Source: Eledone cirrhosa (Eukaryota). From it: a stretch of DNA of 64,000 bases. The stretch is from the NCBI GenBank assembly GCA_964016885.1, contig OZ024740.1:47120001-47184000 (forward strand), written 5' to 3'. Below the pieces are notes generated by a model, which saw nothing but the letters and a program-made list of their open reading frames with translations, searched no databases and was not told where the DNA came from. A program made the translations under genes and the position numbers. This document shows, piece after piece, positions 26,991 to 39,695 of this stretch; the first letter of the stretch is position 1, and every line of letters starts with the position of its first letter.

Positions 26991-29736
26991 CTAACACTTA
27001 GCTACATACAAACATTCTGCCTAAGAAAACTCATACAACACCTACACCGCACGCTACAACAACACATACGGACTATTTACAGCCTTGTACCACAACTCGC
27101 TGAAACCCCAGAACCTCTGTCCAGAGTTATTTCCGCCGCTATAGACAGGTCATACCACCATCGCCGAGACTACGAGAAAATACGCCTAACGCAAAACTTT
27201 CTCAAACTCAGCACGGCTAACCGTCTTAACAACATCCCAACTCTAAGCACCAACAGAGTCGAACAAGACGGTACCCACACCGAACCTAGCGGTGCCGCGA
27301 CCAACAACACACTTGACGCAAAACACCTCGTCACAGACTTGACAGGATCCCTCTCCCGAGAGGAATTAGACCTCCTCAGTCTGGGTCCAAGTTCATATTG
27401 AAACAGAGACTGGACGCCAAATTATGGCTCGACATAGAAACGAATTTCTGTCGGGCTGCCTACCAACTAAAATGGATATCGACTCTCGGCAACAACACCA
27501 CGGAACCTAACAAACCCAGATTCCCGATATACCAACTGGATCGCCCACTATGTCCACCGCCTGCCAACCTTGAGCTTGAAGAAAAACTCTCGAGGCTAAA
27601 ACATTCCGTATTTAACATCTTACGGAAACAGAAGAAGATAGCCCCAAACATCTCCAGGACACAACAACTCGCCCTGAACAACCTACGGAATAGGGAACTT
27701 ATATACTTACCATCCGACAAAGGTAAATAGTTTTGCGTCATCTCTCAACCCACATACAACAACCTAGCCTTTGAACACCTAAGCGACAATTAACTATATA
27801 CAGAGATCCCGGACATGACTGCAACCCAGATCGAAAAACAGACCAACTCCATCTGGTTCGACATCTGTAACAGAAGACAACTCCCAAATAAAGTTAAGCT
27901 CAACTACACCACTAGAAATAGCAGACTGCCCACTTTCTACCACCTCATCAAGAACAACAAGAATAGTACTAAGACACAAATAAGACCGATCGTCTCTAGC
28001 ATAGAAGGACCCCTATACAAAGTTTCCTGGCTCCTCTCCCAGGTCCTCAAGCCTCTACTCTCCACCTTTCCCGGGCACGTCAGTAGCTCCGACGAAGTCA
28101 TACATAGACTACACCAACTCCAGCCAGGACAACTTAAACTAAATAGATACGCTTTTAGCCTCGACGTTGTCTCCCTCTACACTAGAGTCCCCGCTCATCC
28201 AGCTGTCGATTTATTGACGGACTGCGTGGTCGCAGAGGACATCCACTGCTAGGGCCTCCTTCCGACGGACATACACCAGCTTTTGTCCTTCACAGTGGAC
28301 AACACGTACTTCACCTTCCACCACCACAGATATAGACAGACAACAGGATTACCATGGGATCCAGCCTATCGGGCCTGCTGGCCATCGCCTATATGAACCA
28401 GCTAGAATGCCGAGCCCTCAACACCTGCCATTCCCATACCTTCTTCACCCGATATGTAGATGACATACTCATCCTTACATCATCCCGTGAGGAGGCGGAT
28501 AAAATATACACAGCATTCTCCAGCATGGACGCCAGTATAAAGTTCAGCATGGAACACCCCGATGACCGCGGATCCCTATCCCTACTGGACTTCCAACTCA
28601 GGGTGACAGAGGAAGGCAACATCTACACTTGATTCTATAAAAAAAAAAGCCGCTAGCAGGGACCTGTTCGTACATTTCAGATCGGCCCTCCCAGCTAGCG
28701 CTAAGTTTGGATACATAAGGAACGAACTAACACGTATCCGGAACAAATGCACCGACGTTAGAGACCGAGACACACACACCACACATTTCCTGGAAGTATT
28801 CAAACTGAACGGATACACGACATCCACCACAAACCGTGCCAGAAAGAACAGAGGACACCACACCCGAGGCACTAACACTTGCTTCCTGAAGCTCCCACAC
28901 TTCAGTGACGAAACAACAACAGCCATCCGCAGAGCTATCAGACGAGAGAGACTAGATATCCAACTGGCCCACTCAGGTCCTTCTCTACGCGGACAGCTAA
29001 CCAAAAGACACTCCACCAGACATGACAACCGCTGCAGGCTAGCCAACTGCCCCATAAACGACACAGACCTATGCCACCAGGCTTACGTCGTATACAGACT
29101 AGAGTGCGACAAATGCAGCAACTTCTGCGTAGGTAGCACCACCAGACCACTCCACATAAGAATAAAAGAACACCTCAATACTAACGCTTCCTCATTTAAG
29201 AAACACCTAGTTAAATGCAAAAACACCGACAAAACCACAACAGTTAGGATAGAAACTAAGGAAAGAAACCGCGGCAATCTTAGAATTAGGGAAGCACTAA
29301 TTATAGACAAAACACAACCACCAATCAATAATAGACTAGAACTCAACACCCAATTTATAACTTGATAGAGCATCTAGCCCCATATTTACCCCCCACCCTC
29401 CCACACACACGCACACACGCTTACACCTCCACTTATTCTCTCTCTCACACACACATACACACACAAAGACCAGTTCTAACACGAGATAACATCTATCCCC
29501 CACATTTACGTATAGACATATCTTCTCACACTCACACACACACATACACACACATACTTACACCTCACACATTCTCCCACACACTTAAACAGGCATGTAC
29601 AAAAAACCCCTTTTAAAGCGAGACTACTCTTTATCCACCTAATCTTAACTCTTTGACATTAGAGATAGAACAGATACTCTATACCATTTCTATGTCCATA
29701 CCTGCATTGTTTTGGCTTTATTATACATATACAAAC

Positions 29737-29742
<6 letters not shown>
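26991..29742 (+). mobile_element. Penelope-like element, near-full ORF with stops and frameshifts, plus 3' UTR
   Basis: LLSLGP, LPSDKGK, FYHLIK, IRPIVSS, SLDVVSLYT, GLPMGSSLSG, RYVDD, then GIY-YIG ending at TGA ~29364; ends in (TA)n. Confidence 0.95.
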
Positions 29743-29770
<28 letters not shown>

Positions 29771-29864
29771 CAGCAGTTTCGACGTTAATTTAATGAGTAG
29801 GTAGTCCAGTCGATTAAACAGATAATTGTTCATCGACGAAATCGTAAACCAGCCACCGTCATCA

Positions 29865-29900
<36 letters not shown>

Positions 29901-29903
<3 letters not shown>

Positions 29904-30062
29904 AACCAGTAAGACCCCGACAGCTGAGCTCAAGCCGTTTCGACGGCTAATTCTGGACAAGCTGTCGGGGTCTTACTGGTTCCTATTACCCACTCTACTA
30001 CCTCAAGTATTGAGTACTTTGGTGCGTTATGGTCCACCTGGTTCCCTACCACATTTCCTTCG

Positions 30063-30099
<37 letters not shown>

Positions 30100-30250
30100 G
30101 AAGGAGGTGTGGTAAGGAACCAGATGGACCATAACGCACCAGAGTACTCAATACTTAGGGTAGTAGAGTGGGTAATAGGAAAATGTTTGACCCCGACGGC
30201 AGAGCTCAAGCCGTTTCGACAGCTATTTCTGGACTAGTCCAGAAATAGCC
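29901..30250. mobile_element. Inverted pair of the second short repeat family around (TA)n, with internal foldback
   Basis: aggaaccagtaagaccccgacagct / agctgtcggggtcttactggttcct; 29980-30062 is inverted against 30097-30180. Confidence 0.75.
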
Positions 30251-30350
30251 GTGAAATAAAGTGTCTTGCTCAAGGACATAACGCACCCCTCAGCTCGGGA
30301 ATCAAAATTACAACCCCCATCGAAATCTAACCACTCAGCCACGTGCCTTC
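30251..30350 (-). mobile_element. CORE-like tRNA SINE 5' part
   Basis: aagtgtcttgctcaaggac...ctaaccactcagccacgtgccttc. Confidence 0.7.
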
Positions 30351-30405
30351 ATAAATATATATATATATTGTTTTACTATCTGGAACGTTACACACACACA
30401 CACAC

Positions 30406-30563
<158 letters not shown>

Positions 30564-31084
30564 TCAATGCAGTAAGTAGAGAAGTTAAATGCTTTATTTA
30601 TTTCAGATAGAAATTAATTTTACAGGGCTAGAACTGTTCTATTAGGTTCAAATGGTTTGAAAAGAATGAAGCAATTCTAGTCATTTTTATTTTAAAAATA
30701 TTTTATGTATACTAGAATTCATAAAGCCCCCTTAATTTTTACTTAACTTATTAGTTTACCTAAAAAAAAAAATACAAGTGATTTCTAAAACATACAATAT
30801 ACATATAAGTTAATATGTCAAATATATTTTGGCGTAAATATAACTAACTACTAGTAGTGATAATAGTAGTATTAATGGCAGCTGCTATGGAGCTAGCTAT
30901 AAAGTTGGTAGCAAACAACCTATCTTTAAAGTAACAATGCAATGATTAACGTTCCAGATAGTAAAACAATAGCAGGAAATAACAGATGCTACTTTGAAGC
31001 AAATTTACCTACTTCATCCGCCATGAAGTCACTTCTCTATTGTGTGTACTGGAGTGGATTTCAAATTAAAGTAGAATTAGTGTT

Positions 31085-31400
31085 TAATAATTCTCAGCAA
31101 TCATTAGATCCTGGGTTCGCTTTCATTGCATGGCATCGTAAGCAAGTGCCGTTTACCATATACTCTGGTCTACATATGCCTTGTGAGTGAAATTGGGTAA
31201 ACGGAAGCTGTTAAGAAGCTCGTCGGGTACGCACGCTATATTTGTAATTCAGAGGACAGATTCATGTCACATGCTGTGTCGCTATGAATATTTCTGGGAA
31301 TTACGTTAAGGGTACACATACCTTTGGAATGTTCAGTCACACGTTAATTTCATGAGAAATCTTTTCCGATGACAGAACAGCTGGAAGGTGAGTCTGAAGA
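31085..31400 (+). mobile_element. Degenerate tRNA/CORE SINE
   Basis: cctgggttc...gcaagtg...gccttgtgagtgaaattgggtaaacggaagctg; related to 46720 and 49950. Confidence 0.55.
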
Positions 31401-32142
31401 CTCTGCCTCCACGACCCTCTCAGGAACAAGTGGTCAAAGAAGAAGAAGATAATGATGATGATGATGATGATGATACATATATATATATGGTCTAGCCTCT
31501 TCCCATCTTCATTGCTGAAGGTCGGGGTACATGAACAATCGCACCAAAGTTCATCTCTATTATACTGTATGTTTATTATTCTCAGCGGGAAAGATGTGAT
31601 GTTGGTGGGTCCCAAATCCTCGTCCGACCATTATTCACTTTTATATATTAAGATTGATAATGAGATCATAACTGTCTTAAGAAAACTTCATCGATTGTTC
31701 TTATCTTTTAATTGGTACCCTTGGAAAGATGAAACATCTAAGATTTGGAATTAGCAGCTTGTCAGAAGCCCTGATATTTGAACTTATTTAAACGTATGAC
31801 CACTGGTGTCTAATTTATGCCGATGCTAACTATGATCAGTTGTTTTTGAACTCCGTTTTTTATGTTTAATTTATACGCCCATTTTCATTGGAATAATTTC
31901 TTTGATGAGGAAACAGATCTAGAAAGAATATAATTTTATTCACATATTTTCGCTTATGATGTGCTCTGTAAGAAGATCCTTGAAATCTTTTGCCTAAATT
32001 TAGGTGAATATTGTTGATAATGTAACTCAGAAATGCCTGAATGGCGCCTGACTTGCATCGTTTTTGGCCGTTAAATTACTACTCTTTAATTTAACGAGCA
32101 TTACAATTACAATTTATTATTAAGTATAACCGCAGTGGATTG

Positions 32143-32332
32143 GCAGTGGATTGGCAGTATCGGTAGAGGGTCGAACGCTATGCTTTGACGTATAGAGTTA
32201 CGGCTCTTGCCATTCTGAGTTCAAATCCCGCCGAGGTTAACTTTGCCTTTCATCCTTACGGGGTCGATAAAATAAAGTACCAGTAATGCACTGGGTAATT
32301 ACTGGCCTTGTGCCAAACGTAGAAACAATTAT
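32143..32332 (+). mobile_element. Nin/Deu-type tRNA SINE
   Basis: gagttcaaatcccgccgaggttaactttgcctttcatccttacggggtcgataaaataaagtaccag. Confidence 0.85.
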
Positions 32333-32751
32333 TAAGTATAACCGCATAATTAAATACGATTATTTTGATGTTGCAATTTTCAGTAAACCATAACTAATTA
32401 ATCATATGCTTACACAGATAATAAGTAAAAATTATTATATTAAAGAAACGAATAAAATTATTTTATCTAAGCTTTGTTGGAAGAAAGACTTCGAAGGGTG
32501 TTAAGAGTTAAGCCTTAAGGATAAAACTATTACAATTGCTTCAGTATGTTAGGATCACGTCAAAGTTATTTAATTTAAGGTTAAAAAGCAAACTGAATGT
32601 TTTGGCAAGCATTCAAAATAAACAACCAAAAATAAAGAAAAGAAAATGCGAATTTGGTAAAACTAATGGAACAAGTAGGTTGAGAAAATAGAAGTTTTAT
32701 AAAAAATGTTTTCAATTGTATAGAAGAAATATATAATGAATGACACAAACG

Positions 32752-32917
<166 letters not shown>

Positions 32918-32919
32918 CC

Positions 32920-32997
<78 letters not shown>

Positions 32998-35054
32998 CAC
33001 ACGCACACGCACAAACTTACGAAATAGTCACCGTATCTATTGTAAGTTATACAAAGGATAACCTAATAAGAAATATTATAGTTAGAATTTAAATGATTAA
33101 CAGGAGCATTTTGTTTAAGAATTTGTATTGCTGTAGGTAAATCAAATTAGATTAAGGAAAGCATCATTTGAATAAATATATCTTGATTCAAAAATAGACT
33201 AGTTTTGTTTGTACTTGGTAACGCTCTTCAATAGGAAACATACGTTTTAAGAAAATATAAAACAAACAAACAAATAGTTGTATACATATGGTATGTACGT
33301 ATATATCAGTATAAAACACTAAATATTAATAGAATCACGTTTGTATTTATCTAATGGCTTTTTATGTCTGTTACACATGTTAAAAAGAAAATATAGAAAG
33401 AATAATACACGTTACATTTTAAGTCCTAAATTTTCTCACATTCCGACTATCATTTCTGGAAATTCTATTAACATTGGTTTTAGCCTAAGTTCAATGATCC
33501 TATATATTAAAAATGCTTCAGATGTAAGACGCTAGTTGTGTTCATATTTTGCATTCCAAGTTTATCATATGAGGTGCAGAGTTGTCTTCTGGAAATGCTG
33601 CATTTTCCAATTGTCAAATCTATTCCTGAATGCGCGGCGTTGGTTTCCACTGTTCAGGCCGTATTGACCAGTCTCACGATCTAGAACATTGCAGCCACCA
33701 TTATTCCAGGTTTTTGTATATTCCCCACTACATTACCCTATTCATCATTCCCTTTACATTATAGTTGGGTGTGGTTTAAAGAGATAGATACTAGCAGTGG
33801 TCAAAATTTAGTTTCTGGTGAGGATCAGGCAGATTGCAGTTACTGATCCTATACCCTTACCTCCGGTTGTTTTTATGTTCCAGTAGAGAAATAATTTTCA
33901 ATGTATCTCAGAGAAATAGTTGGATAGGTATCCAGTTTGTGGATACCTATCAAACTATTTCATATTTCTTTCTACAAAATGATAAATAAAACAGGAGTCA
34001 TTGCTTGGAGTGAACATTTTCTTTACATTTATACATATTTAAAGTTTTAAATAGTTTACATCATAGTCAATTTACATTGTATTATTTCATTGTCAAGCCT
34101 AAAATATATGAAATCTAAAATAAACAACAAATAGAAGCGTAAAAAAAGAGAACAATGTGTACATTATGCCATCTGAATACAATTTCCAAATATCTTAGGT
34201 AAAGCTGAATCAGTTTAAAGTATCCCTTTAGGATTTTCACCCCTTTCAAGTTTGCTACTATTACAATTACAACAAGATTTTGTTTAACACCTGTGTATGA
34301 AGTGACTTCTAAGAAAGCTTTCATATTTTGAGATATTCTCATCAGAATGTTGATAAACACATATCATTAAGTTTATATTATTTCATACTCAATTTCATAC
34401 CTCTTGAATATTGAAGTCTCTATTTAGAAAACATTAAGCAGTATCAAAAGTCGAAACAAAAATCTTTATTATACATTAACTATAACGAATGGAATGAGAA
34501 CACACATGATAACTTGAATATACATAATTGTGTATGAATGTAGAGGTTTAACTATAGAAATAATACTTTCTTCGCCTAAGGATTTCTCCCATCTCAATAG
34601 TTAAATAACTGACTGATAAATCTTCCTCTTACCAACTACACTATGGTCTAGATTATGCTAGGTAAATCTCTCTTCAGAAAACTTCCTTTAAATAGTCAAT
34701 TTTGCGTCAGTCATCGTTAGAAACATACCACCAGCTACCTTTTTTAATTAATTAGACCTATAGTAATATAGCTTTTTGGTAATAACTTGAAAATATTAGG
34801 CATTGTAAATATTGAATCACTGAAACACAAAATAGGGCACGATTAACGAATACCAATGTGTGTTTGCTTTCAAAATTCTACTTTATAGGGGCTGAGCTGG
34901 CCAGCCGCAGGTGTGAGCCTCGCAAGCTGGAATTGCTTTTCGAGCGCGTCTCCTTTGCTGTCCTCCGGGGAAACACCTCCTCCATTCTGTCCGCCGGGGC
35001 GGTGGGGAGGCCACCAATATGATTGACTGATTTTATCAGTCAGATGTTCTAATG

Positions 35055-35147
<93 letters not shown>

Positions 35148-35332
35148 ATTTGGTTTTGGGCTTGGGTGGTTAATGCCTTCTTGACCACCTTTTCAGTTTT
35201 GTATGGCTCCTTAACACATTGTTTAGCTCTGGTTTTTAACTATTGAGCACTTTGCCAGTATCTGATTTTTGCGTTTCACTTCGCTTTTCCTTTCTTGCCC
35301 GCCGAAAATGCGATTCTTGCTGAATCTTTATT

Positions 35333-35394
<62 letters not shown>

Positions 35395-38300
35395 TCTACT
35401 ACATATGTGTAGTTTTATACACAATGACGTTTTTAAACTTGCTTATTATTGAAGTTATATAATTTCCGCAATTCTGAGACTGGATCCTTGATTAAATCTC
35501 GTTTGGAAATAGTAAAGGGTTTTCACAAAGGCTAAAAAAATCCTTTCAAATCTATTTCTCTTCATTTTACATAGCAAAGGCGTTTTTTAATCACTTCGAT
35601 TTATTTTTGTTTCAGTATAAAGAGAGAGAATATGAACTTACCCGTAATGGAGCTAGATTAGAAGAAATAAAATTATGGATTAACTTAAATTTAGAAATTG
35701 TCAATTTTGTAGGCTTACCAAGATTAATTAGATCGATGTAATTAGTGTTCAGTCTAAACATTTGTCGATCGATATCTACAGGAAAAACATGGGCGCCGAA
35801 AATATCTCAATCATTATAGATCATCAATCAGTATAGAACATGAACTACGAAATTAAAAACTCAACGATGAACCGACAGTTCCTACCTTTCAGTATTATCT
35901 ATTTGTTTTTGGATGTATAAAGCTACAGAATTTCAAGTTACGTGTTCAACTTAGTTACTATTGCTATTGTTATTGTAAGCTTTTTAAGAGCAACCAATGA
36001 CAGAATGATTCAGTATATTCAGTTTGTGTATATGCTGCAATCTTGGATCATTGAAGTCCATTATTGTAGTCAAGACAAGTTGTGTTTTGTTTACTCTCGC
36101 ATAATTGAAGTTTGTACAGCTATAACGAAAAATTAAATTGGTAGTTAACATTTGCTTCCTCAAGTGATATTGAAGTTATTTGAAATCATTATTTGGATCT
36201 AATATACTTATTGATGTTACTGTCAAGAGTTGGGTTGAACAATTAATGTTAAGGAGCAAATTTATCTAATGGTTTAGAGAAGAATGTCCACTAGTAAGAT
36301 AGAAAAGAACGAGTAAAAAGGGCAAAACGGAGATTTAACACGACAGTTAGGATTACAGTCCTATAACTTATTAAGTAAAACTGATCATTTTTGGTGGGGA
36401 AATTTTATTCTATACATCGAAACTAAAACAGGAGGTAATCTGAATTTCATACATATCTTTATTACTGTAAATAAAAACCACAAAAGAATCATGGCTTCTC
36501 TATAATGTTTTAGAACGCAAAACATTAATGGTCACTAAATATAAAATTTATCAAGCAACTATATTTGTATGACTAGTGAGAGGGGAAAATTGACAAAAGC
36601 AGAGAAACTATTTCGTTAAGAAAAGAATACATCAAGAAACCTGATCACGTTATTTGGAATTACATACAGATGGCTTATTTCTCTATAAATAAATTATTAA
36701 AACGGTATAATACAAAAAACAAGAAAACTACTATTTGAGTGAAATTGACATGTCTATTAGATACAAATAAAGTCGTGGAAAGCACTTTAAACATTGTTAT
36801 AGTTATTACTGTCGTGATGATTATATTATTTTTCTCTATAAATAATTGAGAAAATCTTTAATATTAAACGGAATGTATTCAATTATCATGCCTATGTTTA
36901 TCTTCTATGGATTTATACGATTTAATGTTCAATATTTTTATTACGTTTACATTACTCTAAGCAAAACTAAAACTCCTAAAATTGACACCTATTTCATGGA
37001 AATTTTCAAAATGTCTACGAAGACATTTTAATCCAGCTTGGTTATATAACGGAAACAGTGGAGTTGTGTTAGATATTCATATCATACATGCGTTTATGTT
37101 TGTATATATGCATGTATGCAAGGAATAGTAAACACAGCTTTTTTCCAAATGCTAATGCTTGTTGAAACACATCTGGAGATAAAAATACTTTTCATAAACA
37201 TTACTACTTATATCTGTCACACCTGCATACTATCTCAGAATATTATCCCCCGCAGATGATGCCACATTTCATTCTTTCCTAACTTTACACACCCAAGCAT
37301 CCTTACGTTAGATCCTTCACGCAAATCTGTACTGAACATAGCTATCGAAAGCATCATCTAATGGGAATATGTCAATCTTCTCTCTATCAACAGCAAAAAT
37401 CACAAGCATTGTTCACATCAATAAAGTATCACTGTATCTTATCACGCACGAATCTAAAGCCACCACGAGCGCTCCAGGTGTTGGGCCTCTCTATCATTGA
37501 TGATCACTCTTGACTAACTGACGCTCTTAACATAACTAAAACTGTATCTCGAAGACTGGCTCCGAATAACTTGCGTTCGACTTGAACACAAACTATAGGA
37601 AGCTTAACGAAACTCTCCGATATTTTCCAAGTTTCCTGCAAGTCCTTCGACGATGGATTACTAAATCTTAAATATATCGGGAATAATAAATATTACAAGG
37701 ATAACAAAATCAAAATCTCTGTTCTTTTTCTTATTTAGTTTTTCGTTCCTTCTTTCCATCATTACCACTCATATCCGACATTATTACCTCAATATTTACT
37801 ATCCCACTTGCATTTTAGCTGCTTCCTAAACATCCCCATTTTTCTTTGGTTGATAAAAAATACAGCAAATGATATGACTGAAGCTTCGTTTCAGGCTGAA
37901 CTAGCTACATAAAATGTTTAGAAAAGCTATTTTAAGAACACAAATTGTAGATTTAAAAACAGATAGTGTAGCAACATATTCTGCGAATATTTTATGTTTA
38001 AATAACAGAAAGTTACACTCAGCCAAAACTGCTACAGGTAAAAATATTTCAATTAATACATATTTCTACAAGAGGCTTAACAGATTAGAAAGCTGACTGA
38101 ACAGAATATATCGTTCCGAACATAGTTTCGCAAAAAAAAAAAAAAAAAAATCTAAGCAAAACCGAAAATTAATTTGCTGAATTCAACAAGCTAAACACCG
38201 ATATTTAATTGGTATGTTTTTTACTACAAAAATAACCAGATTATGTTAATACATAGCAAAATTACTGGGATTTTTATTTTAGAATATGTCCAATTGTGCA

Positions 38301-38670
38301 ATAGAGTATTGTGTTTGTTAAGCAACTATCGTGTTTGTTTAGCGAAAAGAGTTACAAGAGACTGAACATAACTTGCAACAGAAATGGGCATACTTTTTCA
38401 CAAAATCTAATTTATTATTTAGTTTTTGTTTTCGAAACAATGAAATTGTCCCTAGTTTCTTGACAAAATACATGTGGCTCTTCCAAAACATTGGGAAAAT
38501 ACTCAAAATTTGGTATATTGTAAACCGCACTCACCTGTTAGATATTATATTCAATATTTACTATTAAAAATTATATTTCTTGGGACACTCTTGGGTATTT
38601 TGTCTAGTAATCACAGGTCATCACTAATCAAAGAGACATACGGTTAATGGCATTCTAATCATTACCAAAT

Positions 38671-38985
38671 GAAGGCGTGTGGTTTAGTGGTTAAGGTTTT
38701 CGGTTCACGATCGTAGGGTCATGAGTTTGATTCCTGGTGACACGTTATATCATTGAGTAAGACACTTTATTTTATGTTGCTACAGTTAATTCAGCTAGCA
38801 AAAATGAGTTGTATCTGAAATTCAGAAGGCCAGCCTTATCTCATACAGTGTCATACTTGATCTCCCTGAGAACTATGTTAAAAGTACCCATGTATATACT
38901 CAGCTACTTGTACGTTAATTTCTCTAGCATATTGTTCTATTGATCGTGTCACCTAGAACACTCGTCCTCGAGACTAACAGAGGTC
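38671..38985 (+). mobile_element. CORE-like tRNA SINE
   Basis: gaaggcgtgtggtttagtggttaagg...gagtttgattcc...cattgagtaagacacttt. Confidence 0.75.
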
Positions 38986-39373
38986 CATTATATGCACACA
39001 TTACGAAACTGTTCCTCCATAGTTCTCAAAACAAATATGGTGTCATATTAAAGGGATTTGACTATTTCTAAAAGGACAAGTAAACGCCTAAAGGCGTCTT
39101 TGTTTGTTGGACTTACCATCTTCATTTATATAATAAATCTGGGTACTAAAGTTGGAAGCGATAAAATGCCAACCCAAACGCTTCAAGGTATATACTTTCA
39201 TTAATTAATTATTAATGCACCAAATGCCGTGTTTTACATACTGTGACTACACAGTAGTAATTGATATTATATGTAGTATAGGTTTTAGATGTCACTTCAG
39301 TGTGCGATGAAACACACTAGCGAAATGTAAACAAATGTCGGGATTATTTCTCCGTCATCAAAAAAAGAGGGAA

Positions 39374-39418
39374 GGTCAAACCGGTTTCGGTTCTATTTGA
39401 GATAGCTCATCAGAAACC
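39374..39418 (-). ncRNA. Hammerhead ribozyme motif next to (CT)n(TA)n
   Basis: GGUUU-CUGAUGA-GCUAU CUCAA AUAGAACC-GAA-ACCGGU-U-UGACC. Confidence 0.65.
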
Positions 39419-39449
39419 ACATATATGCCCGTCTGTCTTCATCTTCACA

Positions 39450-39550
<101 letters not shown>

Positions 39551-39571
39551 ACACACACACACACACACACG

Positions 39572-39633
<62 letters not shown>

Positions 39634-39649
39634 AATAAATATATATATA

Positions 39650-39695
<46 letters not shown>

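Noticed and set aside
28250-28632. Selenocysteine or read-through recoding in the Penelope ORF
   Set aside because: The shared stop is TAG, not TGA; the TGA at 28630 is TGC in the other arm; frameshifts are also present.
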